A DNA stretch of 64,000 nucleotides from Syntrophales bacterium (GTDB taxonomy: Bacteria > Desulfobacterota > Syntrophia > Syntrophales > PHBD01). Below the pieces are notes generated by a model, which saw only the letters and a program-made list of their open reading frames with translations, had not been told where the DNA came from and did not search any database. Shown here piece after piece: positions 40,884 through 49,537 of this stretch (its first letter is position 1; every line of letters begins with the position of its first letter). Both the position numbers and the translations under genes were made by a program. The stretch is taken from assembly GCA_963668175.1 (NCBI GenBank), contig OY764159.1, positions 4,160,001 to 4,224,000 on the forward strand, in the 5' to 3' direction.

Positions 40884-41477
40884 ATGGCCATACAATTACC
40901 CGTGTTACCTTTTGAAAAGGATGCGTTGGCACCTTATATCAGTGCCAATACCCTAGATTTTCATTATGGGAAACACCATAAAGCCTATGTTGACAATATC
41001 AACAACCTCATTTCCGGAACCGATCTCGAACAGGCGGATTTGGATACCATCATTAAGAAGACCGTTGGAGATACGGCCCGTGTCGGTTTTTTCAACAATG
41101 CAGCCCAAGTGTGGAATCACACCTTCTATTGGAAAAGCCTCAAACCTAATGGCGGAGGCGTTCCCAAAGGCCCTATTTTCGACAAGATTACAGCGACATG
41201 GGGCAGCTACGATAAATTCGTACAGGAATTGAAGACGGCAGGTACGACCCAGTTCGGCAGCGGCTGGGCCTGGCTCGTCATGGATAAGGGCGCACTTGTA
41301 ATCACGAAAACCGCCAACGCCGATACACCGTTCGCCCACGGCGTAAAGCCGCTCTTGACGATTGATGTCTGGGAACACGCTTATTATCTGGATTACCAGA
41401 ACCGCCGGCCCGATTATCTGACAGCCGTCATCGAGCATCTGATCAACTGGGATTTTGTTAACGAAAACATGAAATAA
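40884..41477 (+). CDS. sodB: Fe superoxide dismutase
   Basis: HYGKHH, NNAAQVWNH, FGSGWAWL, DVWEHAYY. Confidence 0.96.
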   Translation: MAIQLPVLPFEKDALAPYISANTLDFHYGKHHKAYVDNINNLISGTDLEQADLDTIIKKTVGDTARVGFFNNAAQVWNHTFYWKSLKPNGGGVPKGPIFDKITATWGSYDKFVQELKTAGTTQFGSGWAWLVMDKGALVITKTANADTPFAHGVKPLLTIDVWEHAYYLDYQNRRPDYLTAVIEHLINWDFVNENMK

Positions 41478-41549
41478 CTGTCGTCGATGGCTCGGGACTG
41501 CACGAACGGGACCCGGGCCATCGAACCCCTTACACCCATGCGGATTTCC

Positions 41550-42236
41550 ATGGCAGAAGACGCACCTTCCTATCTCAATCACCGCCAGCGCCTGAAAAAG
41601 AAATTCGCCGCTTCAGGCATGGATGCTCTTCATGACTACGAAATCATAGAATTGCTGCTAAGTTATGCGATACCCCGCAGGGACGTCAAACCTCTGGCCA
41701 AGAACCTTATCGCGGCATTCGGCAGTATCAGAAAAATCCTGGATGCCGACCTTCACGAAATAGAAAACATTAAGGGCATGGGCAATCACGCGGCAGTTCT
41801 CATCAAGCTTGTTAAAGACTGCGGCTCGATCTATCTGCGCGAAAAAGCCGAGGAAAAACCGCAAATCAGCTGTACGGAAGAACTTATCGACTACTGCCGA
41901 AATACGATGGGCGGGCTGCAGGACGAGCATTTCCATGTCATTTATTTAAATGCCCGCAATAGAATCATCGAGATGGAGACGATCCACCGCGGTATTGTCA
42001 ACCAGGCGGTCGTTTATCCCCGAAAAATTCTCGAACAGGCTCTAAAGAAGAAGGCTTCGGCGATCATACTCGTTCATAACCACCCTTCCGGCCATGTTCA
42101 ACCGTCGGATGCCGATATCCGCCTGACCAAAACCGTGCAGGAGACGGCCAAGGCACTGGACATTCTGGTCCACGATCACATCATCATCGGAGAAGACCGT
42201 TTTTACAGTTTCCGGGAGGAAGGCGTTATCCGTTGA
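41550..42236 (+). CDS. radC: RadC/JAB-domain protein
   Basis: HRQRLK, ELLL, VYPR, HNHPSG...PSDAD, DHIIIG. Confidence 0.92.
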   Translation: MAEDAPSYLNHRQRLKKKFAASGMDALHDYEIIELLLSYAIPRRDVKPLAKNLIAAFGSIRKILDADLHEIENIKGMGNHAAVLIKLVKDCGSIYLREKAEEKPQISCTEELIDYCRNTMGGLQDEHFHVIYLNARNRIIEMETIHRGIVNQAVVYPRKILEQALKKKASAIILVHNHPSGHVQPSDADIRLTKTVQETAKALDILVHDHIIIGEDRFYSFREEGVIR

Positions 42237-42258
42237 CTCCAGACTCCGTTTCATTCCC

Positions 42259-42290
42259 AAAAAGAAAAGGGGTCTTGACAGACCCCTTTC
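42259..42290. terminator. Bidirectional terminator between radC and the IHF gene
   Basis: AAAGGGGTC-TTGACA-GACCCCTTT. Confidence 0.75.
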
Positions 42291-42345
42291 GTATCATTCC
42301 GTTGACCACACCAATAAAAAAGAACGTATTTCCTGGAAGCGAAGG

Positions 42346-42624
42346 CTATTTCCCGTCGACCTTTTCCTTTAACTCCTTCCCTACTTTGAAAAAAGGAAGT
42401 TTCTTCGGAGCGACCTTGATGCTCTTTCCGGTCTTCGGATTCCTGCCCGTATATGCTTCATACTCCCTGACGACGAAGCTGCCGAAACCCCTTATTTCAA
42501 TCCTGCCGTTCTTCTGCATTTCATCTGTAAAACCCTTAAACACAAGATTCACGACATCAATCGCCTTTTTTTCCGTAAGATTCTCTTTTTTAGCCAAAGC
42601 TTCGATGAGTCCGGACTTATTCAT
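42346..42624 (-). CDS. ihfB: Integration host factor beta-like protein
   Basis: IEIRGFGSF, GRNPKTG, FFKVGKELK. Confidence 0.88.
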   Translation of the reverse strand: MNKSGLIEALAKKENLTEKKAIDVVNLVFKGFTDEMQKNGRIEIRGFGSFVVREYEAYTGRNPKTGKSIKVAPKKLPFFKVGKELKEKVDGK

Positions 42625-42864
42625 ACTTCCTCCTTCTTATGATTGCTATTCTTTCAATCTCTTTTCGAGAGTCTTTTAATAACTTGATAATATGTTTTTA
42701 CTTTCGGCATCTATGATTTATTTTCGGATGAATGTCAAGACAAATTTACCATGGATATTGGCGGTTATCAGAAACAGACCCCGGCAAAGCGACCCGACAA
42801 CATTAAAGATACTATAGTCATTCAAAAATCACAGAAGTGAAATCATTTCCGGTATATATGGCTC

Positions 42865-43596
42865 TCATGATCGATTGCCGGCGGTCGCCGCCTTGAGTGA
42901 TCGAAGCTCTTGCCCCTGGAGATGCCGATAGGTCCCTTCCTTCAAATCGGCAAGTTGGACCGAAGCGATCGTTGTCCGGATCAGCCTGACCACGGAATAC
43001 CCCAGGGATTCGAATACCCGGCGGATAATCCTGTTTCTGCCTTCGGTGATCGTCAGTGTAAGCCAACAGCTCTTGCGGTTGCTCTTTTCAATACCAATCT
43101 TATCCGGTTTAAAAAGGCCGTCCGGCATGTCTATTCCCGATTCGAGATCGCGAATATTTTTGATCGTCAAACGCCTATTGATCTTGACCCGGTAGGTTTT
43201 GGGAATCCCATGCTTTGGATGCTGCAGTTTATGAGCAAAATCACCGTCGTTAGTTAATATCAGCAAACCCTCCGAATCATAATCAAGCCTCCCCACCGGG
43301 AACACCCTCTCCTGTATTCCCGGCAGCAGGGACGTTATAATCGGTCTGCCCTGCGGATCGTTCAGGGTCGTAACATAGCCGCGCGGTTTGTTCAGGGCAA
43401 GGTACAGTTTCTCATGATCGCAGGAAATCAGGCGGCCGTCGACACGAATTTCGTCGTGATCGCGATCGGCCCGTACCCCCAGCTCTCTGACGACGACATT
43501 GTTAATGCTCACCCTGCCTTCCGTGATCATCTTCTCGGCGGCGCGACGGGATGCAAGACCCGCGTTGGCGATGATTTTCTGAACCCTCTCGTCCAT
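42865..43596 (-). CDS. rluB: rRNA pseudouridine synthase
   Basis: S4 domain, NKPRG, PVGRLDYDSEGL, EGRNR. Confidence 0.88.
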   Translation of the reverse strand: MDERVQKIIANAGLASRRAAEKMITEGRVSINNVVVRELGVRADRDHDEIRVDGRLISCDHEKLYLALNKPRGYVTTLNDPQGRPIITSLLPGIQERVFPVGRLDYDSEGLLILTNDGDFAHKLQHPKHGIPKTYRVKINRRLTIKNIRDLESGIDMPDGLFKPDKIGIEKSNRKSCWLTLTITEGRNRIIRRVFESLGYSVVRLIRTTIASVQLADLKEGTYRHLQGQELRSLKAATAGNRS

Positions 43597-43605
43597 GGCG
43601 CCGTC

Positions 43606-44127
43606 CTATTCCTCGAGCTCCGTCAGTTCCTGCATCGTCGGCAGTTCGGAAAGATCTTTGAGATTGAAGACTTCCAGGAATCTTTTCGTCGTTCCGTAGA
43701 GCATCGGACGGCCCGGGACATCCTTCCTGCCGATAATCCTTATCAGTTTTCTCTCCAGGAGCGTTTTGAGCGATCCGCCGACATCGACGCCTCTGATTTT
43801 ATCCATTTCCGCTTTGACGATAGGCTGTCTATAGGCGATAATCGCCAGGGTTTCCATGGCGGCCGGCGTCATTGCGGAAGGTTTGCCGCCCTTCAGCCGC
43901 TTGATCCAGGATGCCATATCGGCCCGAGTCCTGAACTGGTATCCTCCCGCCACTTCCTGAAGCAGGATACCGCCCTGGCGGCCCTCATATTCCCCGATGA
44001 GTTCTAAAATCAAGCCGCGGATTCTGCCCCGGTCATCCGCTTGAAGCACCTCGACTATTTTATCCAGGGAAAGGGGCACATCGGAGGCAAATATCAGGGC
44101 TTCTATAACGGTCTTTATCTCGTCCAT
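43606..44127 (-). CDS. scpB: SMC-Scp complex subunit
   Basis: IEALIFAS, ETLAIIAYRQP, IRGV, YGTT. Confidence 0.95.
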   Translation of the reverse strand: MDEIKTVIEALIFASDVPLSLDKIVEVLQADDRGRIRGLILELIGEYEGRQGGILLQEVAGGYQFRTRADMASWIKRLKGGKPSAMTPAAMETLAIIAYRQPIVKAEMDKIRGVDVGGSLKTLLERKLIRIIGRKDVPGRPMLYGTTKRFLEVFNLKDLSELPTMQELTELEE

Positions 44128-44191
44128 ACCATCACATCTTTATTTATGCAGCGATTACGATTATATCTTTCGTTAAACCAGGCCGCATCAA

Positions 44192-44917
44192 TTACGTTTC
44201 AACGGCCAACCTGATCCGGATCGTGTCGAACGGCGCCGATTGATATACCTTGATCATCCTCAGTTTCATCAATTCCAGGATAGCCAGGAATGTATAAACC
44301 ATCGATTTTTTCGTCCTATGCTCTGATAACAACTCGTTGAAGGTCGTCGACTTCTCTACGGTCAGCCTCTCCATGATATCATTAATCCGATCCGTCAGGG
44401 TCATTTTCTCGACATCGATGTCCATCATGAACTTATCATCGATGGAGGCTACAATCCTTTGAAAGGCCTGAAGAAGAACGAACATATCGATCTCTTCGAG
44501 GGGTTCTTCTTCCTCCGCGAAAGAATCCAGAGTGACGGGGTATGTCCGTTTAAAGACGTCTCTTTCCAAAACCGGACGATGCTCGATTTTTAACGCTGCC
44601 TCCTTGAAGGCCTGATACTCGACCAGTTGTTTGACCAACTCCTCCCTGGGATCTTCACCCTCTTCGTCTTCATCCGTCTTTTCCTCATCCACGGGCAGAA
44701 GCATCTTCGACTTGATGTGAAGCAGTGTCGACGCCAAAACCAGGTATTCACCCGCCAAATCCAGATTGAGGGACTGCATGACCCCGAGATAATTGAGGTA
44801 CTGCTCGGTGATCAGGGCGATCGGTATATTATAAATATCGATCTCGTTCTTCTTGATGAGATACAGGAGCAGATCCAACGGCCCTTCAAATATGTCCAGC
44901 TTGATCTCGTAGCTCAT
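44192..44917 (-). CDS. scpA: Segregation/condensation kleisin
   Basis: FEGPLDLLL, KSKMLLP, FLAILEL. Confidence 0.95.
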   Translation of the reverse strand: MSYEIKLDIFEGPLDLLLYLIKKNEIDIYNIPIALITEQYLNYLGVMQSLNLDLAGEYLVLASTLLHIKSKMLLPVDEEKTDEDEEGEDPREELVKQLVEYQAFKEAALKIEHRPVLERDVFKRTYPVTLDSFAEEEEPLEEIDMFVLLQAFQRIVASIDDKFMMDIDVEKMTLTDRINDIMERLTVEKSTTFNELLSEHRTKKSMVYTFLAILELMKLRMIKVYQSAPFDTIRIRLAVET

Positions 44918-45074
44918 CGGGGTAATTCCGCGGAAATTCGAAAAGATTATTGATACATGGAGTTGTCAGGAGAAGACGGCCATGACACAAGAACCCGCTC
45001 AAAAGCACACTTAAGCGTTAAAATCTTAAAACAGCCACTTGTCCATGGATTGATACGCTTCGTGATGACTGATG

Positions 45075-46064
45075 TCAGATTCTGACGGCGTCTCTCACTT
45101 CTTCCATGGTCAACCTGGCAATCCTGGCGGCCCTGGCGGTACCATCGGCGACAATATCCCGGACTTTCTGTTCATTCTGTCTGTAGTAATCCTGCCGTTC
45201 GTGAATGGGTGCCATGGCCTCACCGAGTACCTTCGCCAGGCGTTTCTTGCAATCGATACATCCGATCGCCGCCTGGCGGCAATCCCGTTCGATCTCGGCA
45301 ACATCCGCCTCGCTCGAATAAATGCCATGAAAAGTGAACACGTTGCAGATTTCAGGCCGCCCCGGGTCCTTTTTCCGTTGTCGCTGGGGGTCTGTAAACA
45401 TCGATGCGACTTTCTTCTCAAGGACCTCGCCCCGGTCGCTCATGTAAATGGAATTGCCGTACGATTTGCTCATCTTGCGGCCGTCGATTCCCAATACCTT
45501 CGGTGTATCGGTTAAAAGCGGTTCCGGAACGGGAAAAATCTCCCGGAACAGGAAATTGAAGCGCCTCGCAATTTCGCGGGTCAACTCGATATGAGGCAGC
45601 TGGTCGAAGCCGACGGGTACGCCGTAAGCCTTGTACAAGATGATATCCGCGGCCTGCAAGACGGGATATCCGAGAAATCCGAAAGTTGACAGGTCCTTGC
45701 CGGTCAATTCCGCCCTCATTTCCTTATAAGTCGGATTCCTTTCGAGCCATCCCAGTGGCGTAATCATGGAAAGTATAACAAACAATTCAGCGTGTTCTAC
45801 CACCCGCGATTGAACAAATAGCGTGCTTCTCTCCGGATCGAGCCCTGCACTTAGCCAATCGATGACCATGTCGAACGTGTTTTCACGGATATGCTCGGTG
45901 CTGTCGTAGTCGCTCGTCAGGGCATGCCAATCGGCCACAAAGTAATAGCAATCGTAATTTCCCTCATTCTGAAGGCGGATCCAATTCTTCAGAGCCCCGT
46001 GCAGGCTTCCTAAATGAAGTTTACCTGTCGGTCTCATTCCGCTTAGTATGCGTTTTTTATCCAA
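45075..46064 (-). CDS. trpS: Tryptophan--tRNA ligase
   Basis: SGMRPTG, HLGS, YPVLQAADI, KMSKS; probable TTG start. Confidence 0.95.
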   Translation of the reverse strand: MDKKRILSGMRPTGKLHLGSLHGALKNWIRLQNEGNYDCYYFVADWHALTSDYDSTEHIRENTFDMVIDWLSAGLDPERSTLFVQSRVVEHAELFVILSMITPLGWLERNPTYKEMRAELTGKDLSTFGFLGYPVLQAADIILYKAYGVPVGFDQLPHIELTREIARRFNFLFREIFPVPEPLLTDTPKVLGIDGRKMSKSYGNSIYMSDRGEVLEKKVASMFTDPQRQRKKDPGRPEICNVFTFHGIYSSEADVAEIERDCRQAAIGCIDCKKRLAKVLGEAMAPIHERQDYYRQNEQKVRDIVADGTARAARIARLTMEEVRDAVRI

Positions 46065-46247
46065 ATATTCCCCCGTGTTTTTTTCAACCGCTATAACAAA
46101 ATGGGTGACGCCTGTCAATGATACCGTACGGTCTCCAATGAATCTTCTTCATCGACTTGAAAACGCGAGCCCGTAGAAACATTAAAGCCTCCAGCTGGTT
46201 AATAACTCTGGAGGCCTTAATGCAATCCTAATCTGATGAAAGATCAG

Positions 46248-46520
46248 TTATTTCACTTTATCTGCCAAAGCTTTGCCCGCCTTGAATTTGACGACTTTCT
46301 TCGCGGGAATTTTAATGGTTTTGCCCGTCTGAGGATTTCTGCCCTCTCTGGCCTTCCTTTTGACAACGGCGAAAGTTCCAAAACCGACCAACCCCAATTT
46401 ACCATTCTTTTTCAGCTCTTTGGCAACGGTGTCTACATAGGCTTCCAACGCTTTCGCTGCTGCTGCCTTGGTTATCCCTGCGCCCCCTGCGATAACCCCG
46501 ATCAATTCTGCCTTTGTCAT
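46248..46520 (-). CDS. hup: HU DNA-binding protein
   Basis: MTKAELI, LVGFGTF, GRNPQTG, FKAGKAL. Confidence 0.95.
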   Translation of the reverse strand: MTKAELIGVIAGGAGITKAAAAKALEAYVDTVAKELKKNGKLGLVGFGTFAVVKRKAREGRNPQTGKTIKIPAKKVVKFKAGKALADKVK

Positions 46521-47032
46521 TCTTCAATATCCCCCTTTCTTAATAGTGGTGAAATTAGCCACGTTATCGTGGCGTAAACGTTACCGGCGCTGATATTGCC
46601 GGTCAATAACTTTAAAAAAGAGATATACTGCCCTTTTTAAGACTCTCTTATCTGAAGGTGTCACCAGGTCAGGGACACAAACAAACGCCGCGTGCTATCC
46701 CTTTACCTGCAAGAGTTTGAAGCTGACTACCATAAAGAAGGAGCAAAATCAAGAGAAAAATTAACTTGTAACGATTTATTTTATTTTTCCTCATCTTCTA
46801 ACGCAAAATTGGCGGCGGTTTGGTCAATAGCACACTTTGTGAGAGCCTATTTCTCTGACCAAATGGATGTTGACTTCCGTTAATGGAGCAGCACCGCAGG
46901 AATAAGAGGCAGCAGATACACTCATCCTTTGCAGCAGGGCATTTGAACATCCCTGCCGGAGCACATAAACAGGCCATTTCCTGTATAACATAGCAGGACC
47001 GACCACGGTTTCTTCTTTCGCATGAAGAGATT

Positions 47033-48811
47033 TTAGGAGATATGGTAACTTTTTTCCTGAAACAGCCTGAAGCAGGCATCAACAACAGCGGGGTCGTATG
47101 CCATTCCGCGCTTCTGGCTGATTTCGTCGAGTGCTTTGTCCAAACCGAGAGTGGGACGATAAGGACGATGGGAAGACATGGCCTCTACGACATCGGCCAA
47201 GGCAAGGACCTTGGCTTCCAGCAGAATGTCGTCTCCTTTCAGGCCCAGAGGATACCCCGACCCATCTATTCTTTCATGGTGCTGGTATATGATCCGGGCT
47301 ATGGGCCAGGGGAATTCCATGTCTTTCAGGATGTCATAGCCGATCGGCGAATGGGCTTTGATAAGGTCATATTCGATATCCGAGAGCTTCGTCGGTTTAC
47401 TCAATATTTCCGCAGGGATGGATATCTTGCCTATGTCATGGATCAGTGCCGCCATGGCAATACTGTCGATAATGATAACTTCGAGACCCATTTCCTCGGC
47501 AATGGCCCGGGCCAGATTGGCAACCCGCTGTTGATGGCCCGATGTGTAGGGGTCCCTTATTTCGACCGTCATGGATAAGGTCTGAATAATGGACCGCATG
47601 GCCTTCTTCAGGCTCTCGACAACCTTTCGCTCCTGCTCTTCCGCCTTCTTTCGCTTGGTAATTTCCAGAACGGTACCTTCATAACAGGCCAGGTTGTTGT
47701 CTTGATCGCATACGGCTCTTACGGTGAGGGACCCCCACATGACGCTGCGATCCCTCTTATAGAACTGCGCCTCATAGCCCACAACCGATTGCCGATCCCT
47801 CAGCATTCGGTTGATCCGCCGTCTGTCGCTGGAAGTAACATAAAGCTGACGGGAAATATCGGATATATCGGCAATCATATCCTGGGGCGAATCGTAGCCC
47901 ATGATTCTGGCTAAAGACGGATTGACATCGAGAAAACGTTTTTCCTTCGAGCTTTGAAATATGCCTTCTGTCGCATTTTCAAAAATATTCCGGTATTTTT
48001 TTTCGCTTTCGGAAAGGGCGATCTCCATCTTGTGGCGGCTGGTCACGTCCCTGATAATGCCCCGAAATCCCAGGGGACGCCCCGACTCGTCGGCCATGAG
48101 GGATGCGGACAGTTCGCCGTATACCGGTGCGGATTCCTTGTTCCTGAATTCGCACCGCAAAAGACGGATCGGTTCTGCGGCGTCAACCGCATTTTTAAAG
48201 GCAGATTGCAGCTTACTGTGGTTCGCCTCGTCGAGAAGAGAACTGAAGCCCATCCCGGCGAGTTCGCTTCGCGAGTAGCCCAAAAACCTGCCAAGCGAAC
48301 GATTAAAAAACGTCAGACTCCCCGCAAGGTCCGATTCGAAATAGGCGTCATCGATGCTTTCGAGGATCCGCCTGTATTTTTCCTCCGATTGATACAGCGC
48401 TTCAGCAACCTGCCTTCGTTCGCGGCGCATCATCGCTTCATTCAGTTCTCTTTTAACGGCGGGCACAAGACGGGAAAGATTCGCCTTCATGACATAGTCA
48501 TGCGCCCCGGCCTTCATGGCATTGACGGCCTTGTCTTCACCCACCGCCCCCGAAACGATGATGAAAGGCATATCCAGCCCCATGTCCTTATAGAGCGTCA
48601 ACACCTCAATGACGTCGATCTCCGGCAATCTATAATCGCATATGACGACATCCCATGGCCCGTTTTCAAAGGCATCTTTCAACGTCTCACGCGTGTCGAC
48701 GCGCTGGGCGGTCGTATTGAACCCCCCCCGTTCCAGCTCCATTAAAACGGATAAAAAATCCACCTCCGACGATTCTATGATCAGAACATGAATGTCTCTT
48801 TTCACAACCAT
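47033..48811 (-). CDS. Receiver-PAS-PAS-HD-GYP cyclic-dinucleotide phosphodiesterase
   Basis: Receiver domain, two PAS domains, HDIGK, HHERIDGSGYP, RPYR. Confidence 0.92.
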   Translation of the reverse strand: MVVKRDIHVLIIESSEVDFLSVLMELERGGFNTTAQRVDTRETLKDAFENGPWDVVICDYRLPEIDVIEVLTLYKDMGLDMPFIIVSGAVGEDKAVNAMKAGAHDYVMKANLSRLVPAVKRELNEAMMRRERRQVAEALYQSEEKYRRILESIDDAYFESDLAGSLTFFNRSLGRFLGYSRSELAGMGFSSLLDEANHSKLQSAFKNAVDAAEPIRLLRCEFRNKESAPVYGELSASLMADESGRPLGFRGIIRDVTSRHKMEIALSESEKKYRNIFENATEGIFQSSKEKRFLDVNPSLARIMGYDSPQDMIADISDISRQLYVTSSDRRRINRMLRDRQSVVGYEAQFYKRDRSVMWGSLTVRAVCDQDNNLACYEGTVLEITKRKKAEEQERKVVESLKKAMRSIIQTLSMTVEIRDPYTSGHQQRVANLARAIAEEMGLEVIIIDSIAMAALIHDIGKISIPAEILSKPTKLSDIEYDLIKAHSPIGYDILKDMEFPWPIARIIYQHHERIDGSGYPLGLKGDDILLEAKVLALADVVEAMSSHRPYRPTLGLDKALDEISQKRGMAYDPAVVDACFRLFQEKSYHIS

Positions 48812-49064
48812 CCTTACCTTAACCCGTCAATCGCGATTTCATAAATGCAGACCACAGCGCGAACCGCTGTCGATATTTGGACAACAGAATCCGGCCCTCA
48901 TAAAAGCGGGAAATCTTCTGAAACCGTGTAAGTCTTTACCATACACTTCCCGATTCATCAAGCGTTCTTAAGGCCTGCGAGGAAGGAAAGCGTTCGCATT
49001 TCAGCCGTAAGGATGGTTTTCCTTTTGAAGATATACGGAAGATTGATTTTGTGAGGAAGGCAAT

Positions 49065-49266
49065 AAAAAAGGTGGATGGAAAAGGAGGGAGCCTGAAAAC
49101 CATCCACCGATATAAAAACTGAGAGTCTCTTTTCTAACGCCTCTCAGACAATCCGTCTTAGGGGGTCGGTGGATGGAAAGGAGGGTGCTAAAACCATCCA
49201 CCGAATTTACTATTGGTCCAAATTCTACGACATCGACAGACAATCTTTGAGGGATTAAACCCTTCG
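49065..49266 (-). ncRNA. Candidate sigma54-dependent tandem small RNA with two anti-SD hairpins
   Basis: Promoter at 49276-49292; two GGTGGATGG/CCATCCACC hairpins with CCCTCCTTT loops; the last is followed by T6. Confidence 0.7.
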
Positions 49267-49275
49267 CCATTTAAG

Positions 49276-49292
49276 TTGCAATATCGATGCCA
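49276..49292 (-). promoter_or_regulatory. Sigma54 -24/-12 promoter
   Basis: Minus strand reads TGGCATCGATATTGCAA. Confidence 0.85.
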
Positions 49293-49433
49293 TGGTTACG
49301 ACATGACTCCCTAAATCGCTCAACGGAATTTCAATAGCTGAATATTACGTACATTATTTTATGCAGCGACATAGACGGTTTATCTTTAATAAACTGTGAT
49401 TATTAAAGAATCAAAAAAAAGATTGGCAATAAT

Positions 49434-49526
49434 GTGCGATATTCGCACGGACATAGAGGCAAATCCATACAGGCAGAGGGAGAGAAACTTTGTGCAGATA
49501 ATGCACGGTATGTGCGGTATTCGCAC
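49434..49526. promoter_or_regulatory. Three palindromic enhancer-like sites, GTGC-N7-GCAC
   Basis: GTGCGATATTCGCAC 49434-49448, GTGCAGATAATGCAC 49492-49506, GTGCGGTATTCGCAC 49512-49526. Confidence 0.75.
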
Positions 49527-49537
49527 GCACCGTTGGT

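Noticed and set aside
41550..42236. radC as a marker of a mobile element
   Set aside because: Full-length chromosomal type, with no integrase, transposase or flanking repeats nearby
46521..47032. 500-bp intergenic region with a few imperfect stems upstream of hup
   Set aside because: No recognisable RNA family or consistent promoter-terminator unit could be supported by eye
49071..49204. Repeated hairpins as a mini CRISPR array
   Set aside because: Only two imperfect copies and no cas genes; the promoter, enhancer and terminator context fits an sRNA better
49001..49270. 89-aa minus-strand ORF across the candidate sRNA
   Set aside because: Its ATG lies upstream of the predicted TSS, it has no RBS, and it runs through the terminator
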